Origin: an uncultured bacterium | GTDB lineage: Bacteria > Oederibacteriota > Oederibacteriia > Oederibacteriales > Oederibacteriaceae | Assembly (NCBI GenBank): GCA_965112635.1 | Contig: OZ218778.1 | Span: 2,432,001 to 2,496,000 of the forward strand | Reading direction: 5' to 3' | Length of the DNA stretch: 64,000 bases | Shown here: one piece after another, positions 30,033 to 39,900 of the stretch | How positions within the stretch are numbered: position 1 is the stretch's first letter | Layout: each line of letters begins with the position of its first letter | Translations under genes and position numbers: made by a program | The notes under the pieces: generated by a model | Seen by the model: the letters and a program-made list of their open reading frames with translations, nothing else | What the model was told of the DNA's origin: nothing | Databases searched by the model: none

Positions 30033-32726
30033 ATGAAACGACCTACCTATTTAAAACAGAAAGCGGGCGGCGAGCTTGGCCAAACCCTGGCTGAACTGCT
30101 GATAGGCATCACGATCTTTATGACCATGGCCGCCATGACCGCGGTGACCCTTCAAAAGGCCCTGGAGGGCAGTCTCCGCGGGAACAAGCGCATCATTGCC
30201 GACGAACTGGCCCACGAACGGGTGGAAGAATGGAAAGCCATTCCTTTTGACTCCATCGAGCCCCAGATGAACCTGCTGATATTCAACCCGCAATTCAGCT
30301 CCCTGACCGGCCTCATCACCAGCGTTACCATCACTCCGCTGGTGGTCAATGGACAGGATAATTTGAGGGAGTATTTTGGGAGCGGCTGGCTATCCTCGCC
30401 CACCCCGGTCCCTCCCTATGCCATGAGCGTCACCTACACCGCCACTTACCCGTCCATGCCCCTTTCGTGCCCGGCTGGTTATGCCGCGGCCAGCAACTTC
30501 CCCTCGCCTGCCCTGACCCCGGGCAGCAAGATCAACTACTGGTACAGCGGCCCCACAGCGACGGCCGGAACGCCGGGGACCATCTCTCTCACCGTCACGG
30601 GCCCTCCCGGCGGCTTTGAAGGGCTTCTTCAGGTCTACATGTTTGACGTGGAACGATACGACCGCCAGCAGGACCTTTACATCAATGACCTTTTGCAGCA
30701 ATCCTACCTGCCCTGGAACCTCTATTACTATCAGCCCAACACTGGGACCGCGGCCACCTTGCAGGGAGCGCTCTTTACCAAACTGCTTTCCGGCAACGAC
30801 ACGGTCAACGGCTCTTTCAACATCACCATCAAACAGACCGGCACCCCCAACTGGCTGGTCCAGACCATAGACGACGGCACCTATATGGCCAATCAGTGGC
30901 AGGGCACCGATGTTTCTTCGGGAACGGTCACCGTGACCAACGAAGGCCCGTTTACCGACAACAGCATCCAACCCCTCTACTTCGAAAACTTTGAAGGCAA
31001 CAGCTGGGCCTCGACCCAATTTTCAAAAGGAGTTAGCGGCTACATCACCCCAACCGCTATTTATGGGTCCTATTCGCTGGGAGGAGCGACGGGATCATCG
31101 AACAGTTCTTTCTTCCCCACAACCATCACCAGCACGGTGGGCACGGGCACCTGGTTCAATGCCAATACTTATTATTCTATTGACTTCGTCTACGAGTTTT
31201 ACGGCGGCACTTACAACGCCGGCGAAGCTCTATATTTCTACCTCTACAGCCCTACGGGCGGGTCAGCTTCCCGGGTGGGCACGACCGTGCTCAAACCCAA
31301 CACGGACAGCGAATCCCCCAAGCCGTCCATAAAAAACGTCACCCTGACTACTGGGCCCTATGGGGATTACCAGGCGTATTTCCTGTTGGTCACCAAAACA
31401 GCCCAGGTTTTGATAGACGACTTTTCCATCAGGCAGGCCACCTCAGCCAGCATCCAGCCCTCCTCCAATGGGACAGACGACATGATGAACAGAGTGGTCA
31501 TCGGCAAAAAATTAAAGCTGGATTACACGATCACCGGAGGCTACAAATACTGCTATGTTCGCATCGCCGACCCCTATTCCAGTCCTGTTATCATCCCTTA
31601 TGGCACCTTCCTGGAGTATGACATATATATCCCTTATAGTAACAGTGGGGGAACGGATAACGTCCAGTTTACCGGAGGCATAGACCTTTTTGACCTGAGC
31701 GGCGGCGGCAATAACCAGAGCAACGCTTTACGTGACGCCAGTCCTTACCTATGGGACCAGAATCACGTCCCTATCCACCCCTCTACGGACCTGGAAGGAT
31801 ACGCCAAAGGCAAATGGTACCACCGCATTATTCCCTTGACCGACGAATACGGCCCAGGCAATCCCACCCAGGATTTTACCGGCCAGAGTATAAGCTGGCT
31901 GTGCACGGCCGTGGATGGCAGCGTGGCCGGCACCAACGGCGGATACACTTCTTACTTCAAGGACATCAAGCTCACAGACGGCCAGGGAGGCGACATCGTC
32001 AACCTTTTCACTCCCCAGGGTTCGGGGCAGACTTCGGACGCCAATATCCCCGCCACTGGCAGCACTACGGCCGACAGCAACAGCCACGGCTGGTGGAAAG
32101 ACAACCCGCCGGACGCCATGGGCACCGTGACCCTGGTCGGCTCGCACCCCGCCTCAGCCAGCATGACCCTCACCTATGACACCAGCCAGGACTTTGGCAA
32201 TTTCTATGCTTGCGACGTATTTCTCCGGAAAGGCACCAATGTTACGCTGACCTTGAGCGGCAGCGGCAGCACCGCCACGGTCCCCACCTCGGGAACAGCC
32301 CTGCAGGACAGCTGGGTCACGGTCACCACCACGGCCACCACCGCTGATTTTGCGACCGGCGAAAACATCACCCTGACCTTCGGCAACCTAAGCGCCTCCA
32401 GTTGGAACCTCCAGAACTTCAACTTCTTCGTGGACCAGCTCAGGGTCGGCCGTAATCCCGGCAACCCGGGCAATCCCAACTGCGTTCTCTCCCTTATTGA
32501 CCTCTCCGTCATGGGCAATAGCAACGACCCCTACAGCTCCGCAGAGCCATTGGTCCCCTCGGATACGTACTGGAACGCCCTGGGCGGCACCCACCCGGGC
32601 TACCGCCTGAAAACCATGATCTCGGCCACAAACACGACTCCGCCCGGCTACAATGTAACCGTTGAGGTTTATGACGACAAAACCCAGGTCAAACTCGCTT
32701 CAGATACAGACTCTGTCTCCAGATAG
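30033..32726 (+). CDS. Giant PilV/GspI-like type IV minor pilin (897 aa) with a large beta-rich insertion
   Basis: Class III signal G/QTLAELLIGITIFMTMAAMTAV with E at +5, helix A..LA.ERVEEWKAIPFDSI, and C-terminal strands YNVTVEVY. Confidence 0.75.
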   Translation: MKRPTYLKQKAGGELGQTLAELLIGITIFMTMAAMTAVTLQKALEGSLRGNKRIIADELAHERVEEWKAIPFDSIEPQMNLLIFNPQFSSLTGLITSVTITPLVVNGQDNLREYFGSGWLSSPTPVPPYAMSVTYTATYPSMPLSCPAGYAAASNFPSPALTPGSKINYWYSGPTATAGTPGTISLTVTGPPGGFEGLLQVYMFDVERYDRQQDLYINDLLQQSYLPWNLYYYQPNTGTAATLQGALFTKLLSGNDTVNGSFNITIKQTGTPNWLVQTIDDGTYMANQWQGTDVSSGTVTVTNEGPFTDNSIQPLYFENFEGNSWASTQFSKGVSGYITPTAIYGSYSLGGATGSSNSSFFPTTITSTVGTGTWFNANTYYSIDFVYEFYGGTYNAGEALYFYLYSPTGGSASRVGTTVLKPNTDSESPKPSIKNVTLTTGPYGDYQAYFLLVTKTAQVLIDDFSIRQATSASIQPSSNGTDDMMNRVVIGKKLKLDYTITGGYKYCYVRIADPYSSPVIIPYGTFLEYDIYIPYSNSGGTDNVQFTGGIDLFDLSGGGNNQSNALRDASPYLWDQNHVPIHPSTDLEGYAKGKWYHRIIPLTDEYGPGNPTQDFTGQSISWLCTAVDGSVAGTNGGYTSYFKDIKLTDGQGGDIVNLFTPQGSGQTSDANIPATGSTTADSNSHGWWKDNPPDAMGTVTLVGSHPASASMTLTYDTSQDFGNFYACDVFLRKGTNVTLTLSGSGSTATVPTSGTALQDSWVTVTTTATTADFATGENITLTFGNLSASSWNLQNFNFFVDQLRVGRNPGNPGNPNCVLSLIDLSVMGNSNDPYSSAEPLVPSDTYWNALGGTHPGYRLKTMISATNTTPPGYNVTVEVYDDKTQVKLASDTDSVSR

Positions 32727-32734
32727 GACATGAT

Positions 32735-33451
32735 ATGAACAAATCGGGCAAGTTCATTTCAAGCAGGTTCCGGAGAGGCTGGAGCCAAAAAGGATACACT
32801 TTAACCGAAGTGGTCATGGCGGCCGCGATCATGGGCATGGCCATGGGCGGAGTTTACATGTTCCTCCGTTTTGTTTTCGTGGCTTTTGACAAGGGGCAAA
32901 GCGACATGCTGGCCAATGAGGTGGCTGAGGTCAGCATGTCGGAAATGACCCGGATGATCCGGCAGGCCACCAGCATCACCTTCCCGGCCCCCTCTTTTGC
33001 GCCCACCGCCTTACCCACCCCGGCTCCCGGGCCGCATTATCAGGAGATTTGTTTTAAGGTGCCCAGCCTGACGATCCCCCAGGACTCTGCTTACGACGAC
33101 CAGATCATCTACCGCCTGGTCAAAGTAAGCAGCGGCCGCTACCTGCTCTACCAGTACATCGATCCTTCTCCCGTGACTGCCACCCCCATTCCCATCACCA
33201 ACCAGATGGACCAGTTCCGCAAGCTTTGGACCACCAATCCCTACAACGCCATCAACAGCACCCAAACGGACATCCTCAACGCGTACAACAACCCCAATGT
33301 TTCCTTTGACGACATCACATTTCTTTACGATCCGCCGACCACGGGATCCCCTTTGGTCGGCATCGCCCTGAGCGTTTCAGTCAAAGGTTTTGGGGGGATC
33401 AAGCATCATGCTTTTTTACAAACAGCGGTCGTTCCGTTGCACCTAAAGTGA
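32735..33451 (+). CDS. PilW/GspJ-like type IV minor pilin
   Basis: Class III signal QKG/YTLTEVVMAAAIMGMAM; MTRMIRQA; QIIYRL; terminal LQTAVVPLH. Confidence 0.8.
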   Translation: MNKSGKFISSRFRRGWSQKGYTLTEVVMAAAIMGMAMGGVYMFLRFVFVAFDKGQSDMLANEVAEVSMSEMTRMIRQATSITFPAPSFAPTALPTPAPGPHYQEICFKVPSLTIPQDSAYDDQIIYRLVKVSSGRYLLYQYIDPSPVTATPIPITNQMDQFRKLWTTNPYNAINSTQTDILNAYNNPNVSFDDITFLYDPPTTGSPLVGIALSVSVKGFGGIKHHAFLQTAVVPLHLK

Positions 33452-33484
33452 CCCCGGAACCGGCCAGTCCAAAAGGAGGCAGCT

Positions 33485-36400
33485 ATGAAAAATTTCGGAC
33501 GAAAAAATAAGATCCGGATGGGCTCGTCTTTTCGCCGTCTCCTTGCCTATATCCGGAGTGAAAAAGGCCAGGGGTTCCTGGGCTTTATCTTCGTCGTGGC
33601 CCTTTTGGTGCTGATCGTGACCACCTCCCTGCTCAACCTGGTGGGAGTGCACCTCAGCTTCACCACTCACCAGCGGGCCATGAAACAGGCCATCGGCATG
33701 GCCAACAGCGGCGTGGACCAGGCTCTCGCGGACATCCGCACCAACGTGTACGGTCTTCCGGCCTACCCAAGCACCATCAGCAGAGCCTACGCTTCCAACC
33801 TGACCGTGACCGTGAGCCAGCTGGTCACCGGCTCGCCGGCGGTCCCGCAAACCGATTTTGAGGGGAACAATCTATACCAGATAGACTCCTACTCTTTTGG
33901 CGTGACCACGCTCGCCGCCGTGGGCAACACCCAGATAGGCCGTCACACCAGGTCCACGATCGCCCTGGTGAATCCCCTGACCTTTAACCGGCTGGTCAAC
34001 TCCAACGAGACCATCGGGATTTCAGGGGGGGGGACCACTATTTTTGACGGATTCCTGCATGTCAACGGCGTCCTCACCTTTAGCGGCGGCACCATCTATT
34101 GCAACGCCAAATACCTGAACCAGAACGACCCCACCTCCCTCAATCCCAACTACTATTCCGACTACGGCGTGGGCGCCGCTCAAACCATCGTTATAGACCC
34201 GTCAACAAGTCCGGCAACAAAGGTTTATTCCCAGGACTTCAATGACATTTTCGGCATGAATTTGACCGCTTGTTCCAGCTCCAGCCCCAGTTTCAACATC
34301 ATGTCCAATATTGCCTATCCCTTTGGCACCAAATACCACAACGGCGCTTCTTCGCCTCCTGATGGGGCCTGGATGGACGGCAGCCGCGGCAGCAGCTTTG
34401 TGACCTTCTCTGTCCTCAATTACGCCTACTATTCGGGCCTGACCACCATTGCCCTGGACCAGGCCAGCCTGCCGGCCTATGTCAACCAGATAGATTCCAG
34501 GAACGACGGGAATATTGATTCTGTGGATATCAATTTGTCCCTGCTCGGCACAGGCGCTCAGGGAGACATCACCGCCGGGCACTTCAGCTCTTATATGAAC
34601 CAAACCAACTATCCCAACGGCATGCTGGTCATGGTCATCGGCCAGGCCGCGGTCCATGGCAAGATACCTTGGCTGAGCGGACTCAATAACAAAAAAATAA
34701 CCATCCTGGCCACCAAGGGCATCAACATCCTCGGGGACACCCTTTATTCCGGGGATAACTACACCACCATCGGGACCAGCGAAAACAGCACGACCCTGGA
34801 GGATGGCACAGGGCCTGCCAGCAACTGGTCGCCGTCCACCATGAACACTTTCCAAAGCAGCATGTCTCCGCCCAGCACCCTGCCCACCCCCAATTTCAGC
34901 AATCCTAGCGGCGATGCGGTCCGTAACACTACGGGTTATTCCCTGAAATTGCTCGGTCATATCCTGGCCGGCAGCGGCACCGTCAACTGTTTCATCCCGA
35001 TTAAAAATTATCCCATTCCCCCGGTCATCCCCTCGCCCTCGCAGGCCGGGAACAAGATCTTCCTGTCCTATGACGTGCAGCAGCCCATGCATGTATACCA
35101 GTCCAATCCCTGCGCCGATTACCCCCACTTTAACACCAACCAAAACTATATCGGCGCCGTGGTGTTGACCGGCGGGACCGTGGGCACCACCCGCGGCATC
35201 GGCCTGACCGACCTACAAGGGGGCATCACCGCCGACCCCAACGCCCAAGTGACCGGCTCTGCCTGGGCCACCTGGTACCACCGGGATATTGACATCACCA
35301 GCCTGGCCGGCAAAACTTTCCAAAATGTCACGCTGGGCTATGAAATGCCCAATCCCTCCAATTCCAGCGCCTCTGACTTTGAACTGTGCTATGCCAATAT
35401 CAGGATCACGGAACTATACGGGAGCTCCGCCTTCCCCAATGTCATCCGGCTGGACCTTTTTTCCGACGACAATATAGGCACTTCCACCATTACTACTTTT
35501 GACCAGACCACTTATGTGCCCACCAGCACTCCCTTTATCCCCACTAACACTTTCACGACAACAAGGACTTTTACCAACACCCCTACGGGCAGCAAAACTC
35601 CCACTAACACACAGACCGCTACCAATACCCCTACCTGCAGCGGAGGACATACCTGTACCTTTACCCAAACCTTTACCAACACGGGCACCAACACCAGTAC
35701 CGGCACTCCCACCAGCACGCCAACTTCCGTGGCCCTGTATGCCGTGCCCACACCCAACCAGACTCCGGGAAACAATATCGTGGCCCTGTCCACCGACATC
35801 CTGGAACAAGACGGCAGCTGGGTAGGTCCCATGGGCGCCTATAACGCCTATTTTGACGAGACCTTCAATTTCACCTCTGCCCGTGAGGAGACCTACGTGG
35901 ACAATAACTGCCTGCTAGCCCACATCCTCATGTCCCACGATGACACGGACTGTAGCAATACGACTTTGTGCGGAGGGAACACCAACGGGACGCATATTTT
36001 TGATTACGAGGATCCTTATCTGCAGATGGTCATCCCCCAGAGGGACTACTATGGGGGCACCCACTATGTGACAGAAAAATTTGGTCTGCCCACTAGCTGG
36101 CCGAGTTCGATCGGGCACGTGGGCTACAACGCGGACACCAGCTCCAACTTCGGGTGGACCACCCTGAGTTATCCTTTAAGCGACGCTACTCTGGACAACC
36201 TGATCAGCTGGGGTAATATCCAGGTCGGTTTTGAAGCGACCAATCTGGAAAAATTCCACTGGAAAAACTTCTATGTGAGCCAGATCCAGCTGGTCCCGGG
36301 CTCCTACCCGCCCTATCGCCAGGCCCTTACCCCGACGATCGTGGGTTCTTTCACCTATTCCCAGCCGTTCACCAATCCTTCCAACGACTGCCTTTTGCTT

Positions 36401-36727
36401 TTGTCCGGAGGCAACATCACCCTGACCACGGACCGTCGCAATGACGCGCGCTACTACCAAAATCCTTACGACTGCAAGGTGGACGCTTACCTTTACACTT
36501 CGGCCACAGGCTCTTACTTCACCACGATCGGTTCCTACAGCGGGATCCCCCAGTTGACCGTTTACGGAGGCCTGGGCGAGCAATATCAGACCATGGGAAC
36601 ATCCTCTCCGCAGGCCATCTTTAATAAGATCCGCTGGGTCTATGACCGGGGCCTGGTCAACAACGCCCCGCCTAATTTGGTCCCCAAAGGGATCATTGTG
36701 TACTCCTACCAGGAACTTTTACAGTAG
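33485..36727 (+). CDS. Giant PilX/GspK-like minor pilin (1080 aa) with inserted domains and a Thr-rich linker
   Basis: EKG/QGFLGFIFVVALLVLIV without E5, as in PilX; QAIGMANSGVDQA; YQIDSY; LHVNG; terminal YDRGLVNNAPP. Confidence 0.75.
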   Translation: MKNFGRKNKIRMGSSFRRLLAYIRSEKGQGFLGFIFVVALLVLIVTTSLLNLVGVHLSFTTHQRAMKQAIGMANSGVDQALADIRTNVYGLPAYPSTISRAYASNLTVTVSQLVTGSPAVPQTDFEGNNLYQIDSYSFGVTTLAAVGNTQIGRHTRSTIALVNPLTFNRLVNSNETIGISGGGTTIFDGFLHVNGVLTFSGGTIYCNAKYLNQNDPTSLNPNYYSDYGVGAAQTIVIDPSTSPATKVYSQDFNDIFGMNLTACSSSSPSFNIMSNIAYPFGTKYHNGASSPPDGAWMDGSRGSSFVTFSVLNYAYYSGLTTIALDQASLPAYVNQIDSRNDGNIDSVDINLSLLGTGAQGDITAGHFSSYMNQTNYPNGMLVMVIGQAAVHGKIPWLSGLNNKKITILATKGINILGDTLYSGDNYTTIGTSENSTTLEDGTGPASNWSPSTMNTFQSSMSPPSTLPTPNFSNPSGDAVRNTTGYSLKLLGHILAGSGTVNCFIPIKNYPIPPVIPSPSQAGNKIFLSYDVQQPMHVYQSNPCADYPHFNTNQNYIGAVVLTGGTVGTTRGIGLTDLQGGITADPNAQVTGSAWATWYHRDIDITSLAGKTFQNVTLGYEMPNPSNSSASDFELCYANIRITELYGSSAFPNVIRLDLFSDDNIGTSTITTFDQTTYVPTSTPFIPTNTFTTTRTFTNTPTGSKTPTNTQTATNTPTCSGGHTCTFTQTFTNTGTNTSTGTPTSTPTSVALYAVPTPNQTPGNNIVALSTDILEQDGSWVGPMGAYNAYFDETFNFTSAREETYVDNNCLLAHILMSHDDTDCSNTTLCGGNTNGTHIFDYEDPYLQMVIPQRDYYGGTHYVTEKFGLPTSWPSSIGHVGYNADTSSNFGWTTLSYPLSDATLDNLISWGNIQVGFEATNLEKFHWKNFYVSQIQLVPGSYPPYRQALTPTIVGSFTYSQPFTNPSNDCLLLLSGGNITLTTDRRNDARYYQNPYDCKVDAYLYTSATGSYFTTIGSYSGIPQLTVYGGLGEQYQTMGTSSPQAIFNKIRWVYDRGLVNNAPPNLVPKGIIVYSYQELLQ

Positions 36728-36746
36728 GGGTTTCCTGGAAATTCCT

Positions 36747-36780
36747 GCTCCAGGAGGGATTCACTGCCTCCTCCTGGAGC
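36747..36780 (+). terminator. Hairpin downstream of the pilin operon
   Basis: 11-bp stem GCTCCAGGAGG / CCTCCTGGAGC; weak U-tail. Confidence 0.5.
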
Positions 36781-36900
36781 TTCAGAAAAAACATTTCTGG
36801 CCGGGAACTTACCGGGATTTGAAGTGTCTAATTTGGAGAATGGAGCAGGATTGAGTTATAATAGCGTATTATTAATTAAAATCCCTTACATTCCAGAGCG

Positions 36901-39900
36901 GTGAGAAAAAGCATGCGGAAGTTCTTATTTATAATAGCTCTAGCGATTTTTATTGCTTGGCTGGTTTATTTACCAGCGCAAGCCTCCACCACGACGGTGT
37001 ATCTGCAAAGGGCCAACGCCGGCGTGCCCACCACCAATGCCGTTCCGGGCGTCCTGACCACCACAGCTGGGGCTGTCACGGTTTATGACAATTTTCCTGC
37101 CGCCAATTTTCCCAGCATCTACACCTATGACTACTTTAACTATTTTTATGGCGATGGCAGCGGGCTCGGCCCCCCTCCTGCCGCCAATGTGATCAGCTAT
37201 GTGATGGGCGGGTTCACGGGTTCCCTCGATGGCTCCAAACAACCTTCTGACCTGAATCTCTATCTGTATTGGGAAAATATGACTGGCGGGAGCCTTTGGG
37301 CCGAGATGGAGGTCCAAGTCATTTTCCTGTTCAACGGGACTGCCGGCGGACCAACCCTGACCCTGACCTATGATCGCCATGACTGGCCCAGCGTCTCAGG
37401 GTACAGCGCGGGAAACCCGGTCAAATATAACCAGAGCAGCCCCCGCGTGGAATCTGCCAACGGTTATGTCAACGGCCAATCCATGATCAACGGCAAGGTG
37501 CTCCTCAACCTTTTCAATACAGGCGGGGACGAGCAGGGCCGTATCAAAGTGGACGCCCCTCTGGTCGGCACTCCCAGTTACATCGTCATCCCCTACGGCG
37601 CCAGCAGCAGCGAGGTTTCCACGGCCATCAGCCCTAATGTCGCGCCTCTCAACTCCCCAGCGGTCTTGACCTACTCTATCTTGAACAACCCCGGCGGGCT
37701 GGGATCTGTCGCCGCGGTCAACATCACGGTGCCTGGAGGGATCACCCTGCCCGGCGGTAACTTCTATAGTATTAATTCGGCCAACAGCGTCAAAGGCACC
37801 GCCAGCATCCTGCAGGCCGCCGACAGCTCTCATGACGGTGTTGTCCAGGTCGTGTATGACGGGGTCAATAACCTGTCAGTCACTGCCCAGGACACTGTGA
37901 CCATTTCCGTAAACACCCCGACCAGCCTTTTCATACCTCCGGACGCCTCCTGGAGGTCAATCTTTAAGTATTCGGGAGGTCTTTTCACCGATACTTCGGA
38001 GGTGTATCCGGGATCTACGGATGTCAGAGTGGTTGGGCTCTCCTCGGCGACGGACAGCATCACCACATCATTCTCACCGCCCTATGACCACAAGATCACC
38101 ACGGGGTCCTTGGGTCAGACCCTGACCTACACCATCACCAACAGCCCCAGCTCGCCGGAAATGCTGGCTAGCGCCATAGTCACCATTCCGGGCGGGGTAG
38201 CCGGAGAATTCTTCTCAGGCATCACCATCACAGGCACAAGCGCCAACGTATCCGTGACCTCCATGATCTATCCCTCGGCTTCCTTACCAGGGTCTATTTC
38301 CCTGCTCTTTCCCGGAGGCCTGACCGCTACGGCCGGCAGCAGCAGTGCTACGGTCAGCCTGCTTGTCTCCGGTCCGACCGGCGTGACGACCACGACCTGG
38401 ACCACCCTGTTCAGCACTGTAGCCTACCAGTACCTTACGGCAACCGGAGGCACCAACGAACAGATCAACGCGGTCACTCCTCCCACGGCTACAGCCAGCA
38501 TCAGCCCCACGCAGCTGGATATCGGCCAGAACAGCATCAAATTGATCTATTCCATCGATATGGTCTCGGCGCCTAAGGCTGTCACCCAGGTCGCCGTGAC
38601 CGTGCCCAGCAGCTTTACGGTGACCGGCGTGACCAGCCATTTGGCCACCCTGGTCACCACCCCCGTAGCCAGCGGCGGCACCATCACCCTGGGTTATGCT
38701 GGCCTGACCGCCGGCCAGTGGGATTACCTCACCATCACGGCCAACACCGGCAGCTCCTACTCTGTGGATAACTGGTCAGCGGTCATGGCCAACCCTGACC
38801 TGGTCCAGGTCCCCTTGGGCGGTTCCACGAGCACCTGGACCTTCCAGCTTCCTCCGGAGGGTTTCGTTTCGCCCAGCACCATGGTCCCCGGCCAGGCCGC
38901 CAGCCCCTACCTCTTCCAAATGATCAACGGGGGCACCTCCGGCCAGGACGACGCCTATATGAAAACCGTCATCACCATCCCGGCAGCCATAAGCGTCACG
39001 GGCGTGACCGGCCCTACCGGCACCAAGACCTGGATTAGCTCTTGGACGCCGGGCTACAACACCATCACCCTGACCGCCAATACGGGGCAGGGGTTGGATA
39101 CCCCGGATTTCGAGGACATCACCATCACGGCCTCCACCAGCATTTCCGGACAGATGTATTGCGGCTTTTCCGCTGTGGGAGCCTACGGAGGGACCTCAAC
39201 CGCGGTCGCGACCTTTGGCCACAGCTTGACCGTGACTTCGCTGACCCTTTCGGCCCTGGGCATCATCACCCCGCGCGTGGTGGATGTGGGCCAGACCAGG
39301 ACATTTGTCTACACTTTTACGAACACAGGGGGCGGCGCCCCGCTAGGCGATGACATCCAGAGCGCGCAGTTCACTTTCCCGGCCGGCTGGGCCATTGTCA
39401 GCGCTTCCGGCGTCACGGTTTCTCCCGCGACCGGCGTGAAAACATGGAACGCGCCGGTTGTCGTCGGCCTGACCGTAACCATGACCGCCCAAGGCTCGGC
39501 CAACTACCTGGGTAACGCCGAATCCGTAAGCGTCAGCGTCGTGGTCACCGCGCCTTTGGCAGCGGCAACGCCGGTCGCCATCTCCGCCAACCTCACGGGC
39601 AGGGTCATACCCAGCGCCACCCCCGTGGAAGCGGTTCCCGGGAACGGCGACATGAAAGTCAAAGCGGCCGCAGTCAGCAGCCAGGGGTTTATCACGCCCA
39701 ACACGGCCCTGGTGTCGCAGTCCCGCAGCTTCCTGCTCACTTTCAGTGATACGGGCAGCGGCACCACGGGCGACAACCTGACCTCGTTCCTCATCAGCCT
39801 GCCTCCCAATTACACCATCACAGCTGTGAACCCCGTGCTGGCTTCCGCTGACTCGTGGACTATCGCCTCTAACAGCTCTTCGGTGACCCTGACCGCCACG

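Noticed and set aside
35490-35770. Thr/Pro-rich repetitive DNA as a possible VNTR or DGR variable region
   Set aside because: It is an in-frame low-complexity linker. No template-repeat copy or reverse transcriptase is present in the window.
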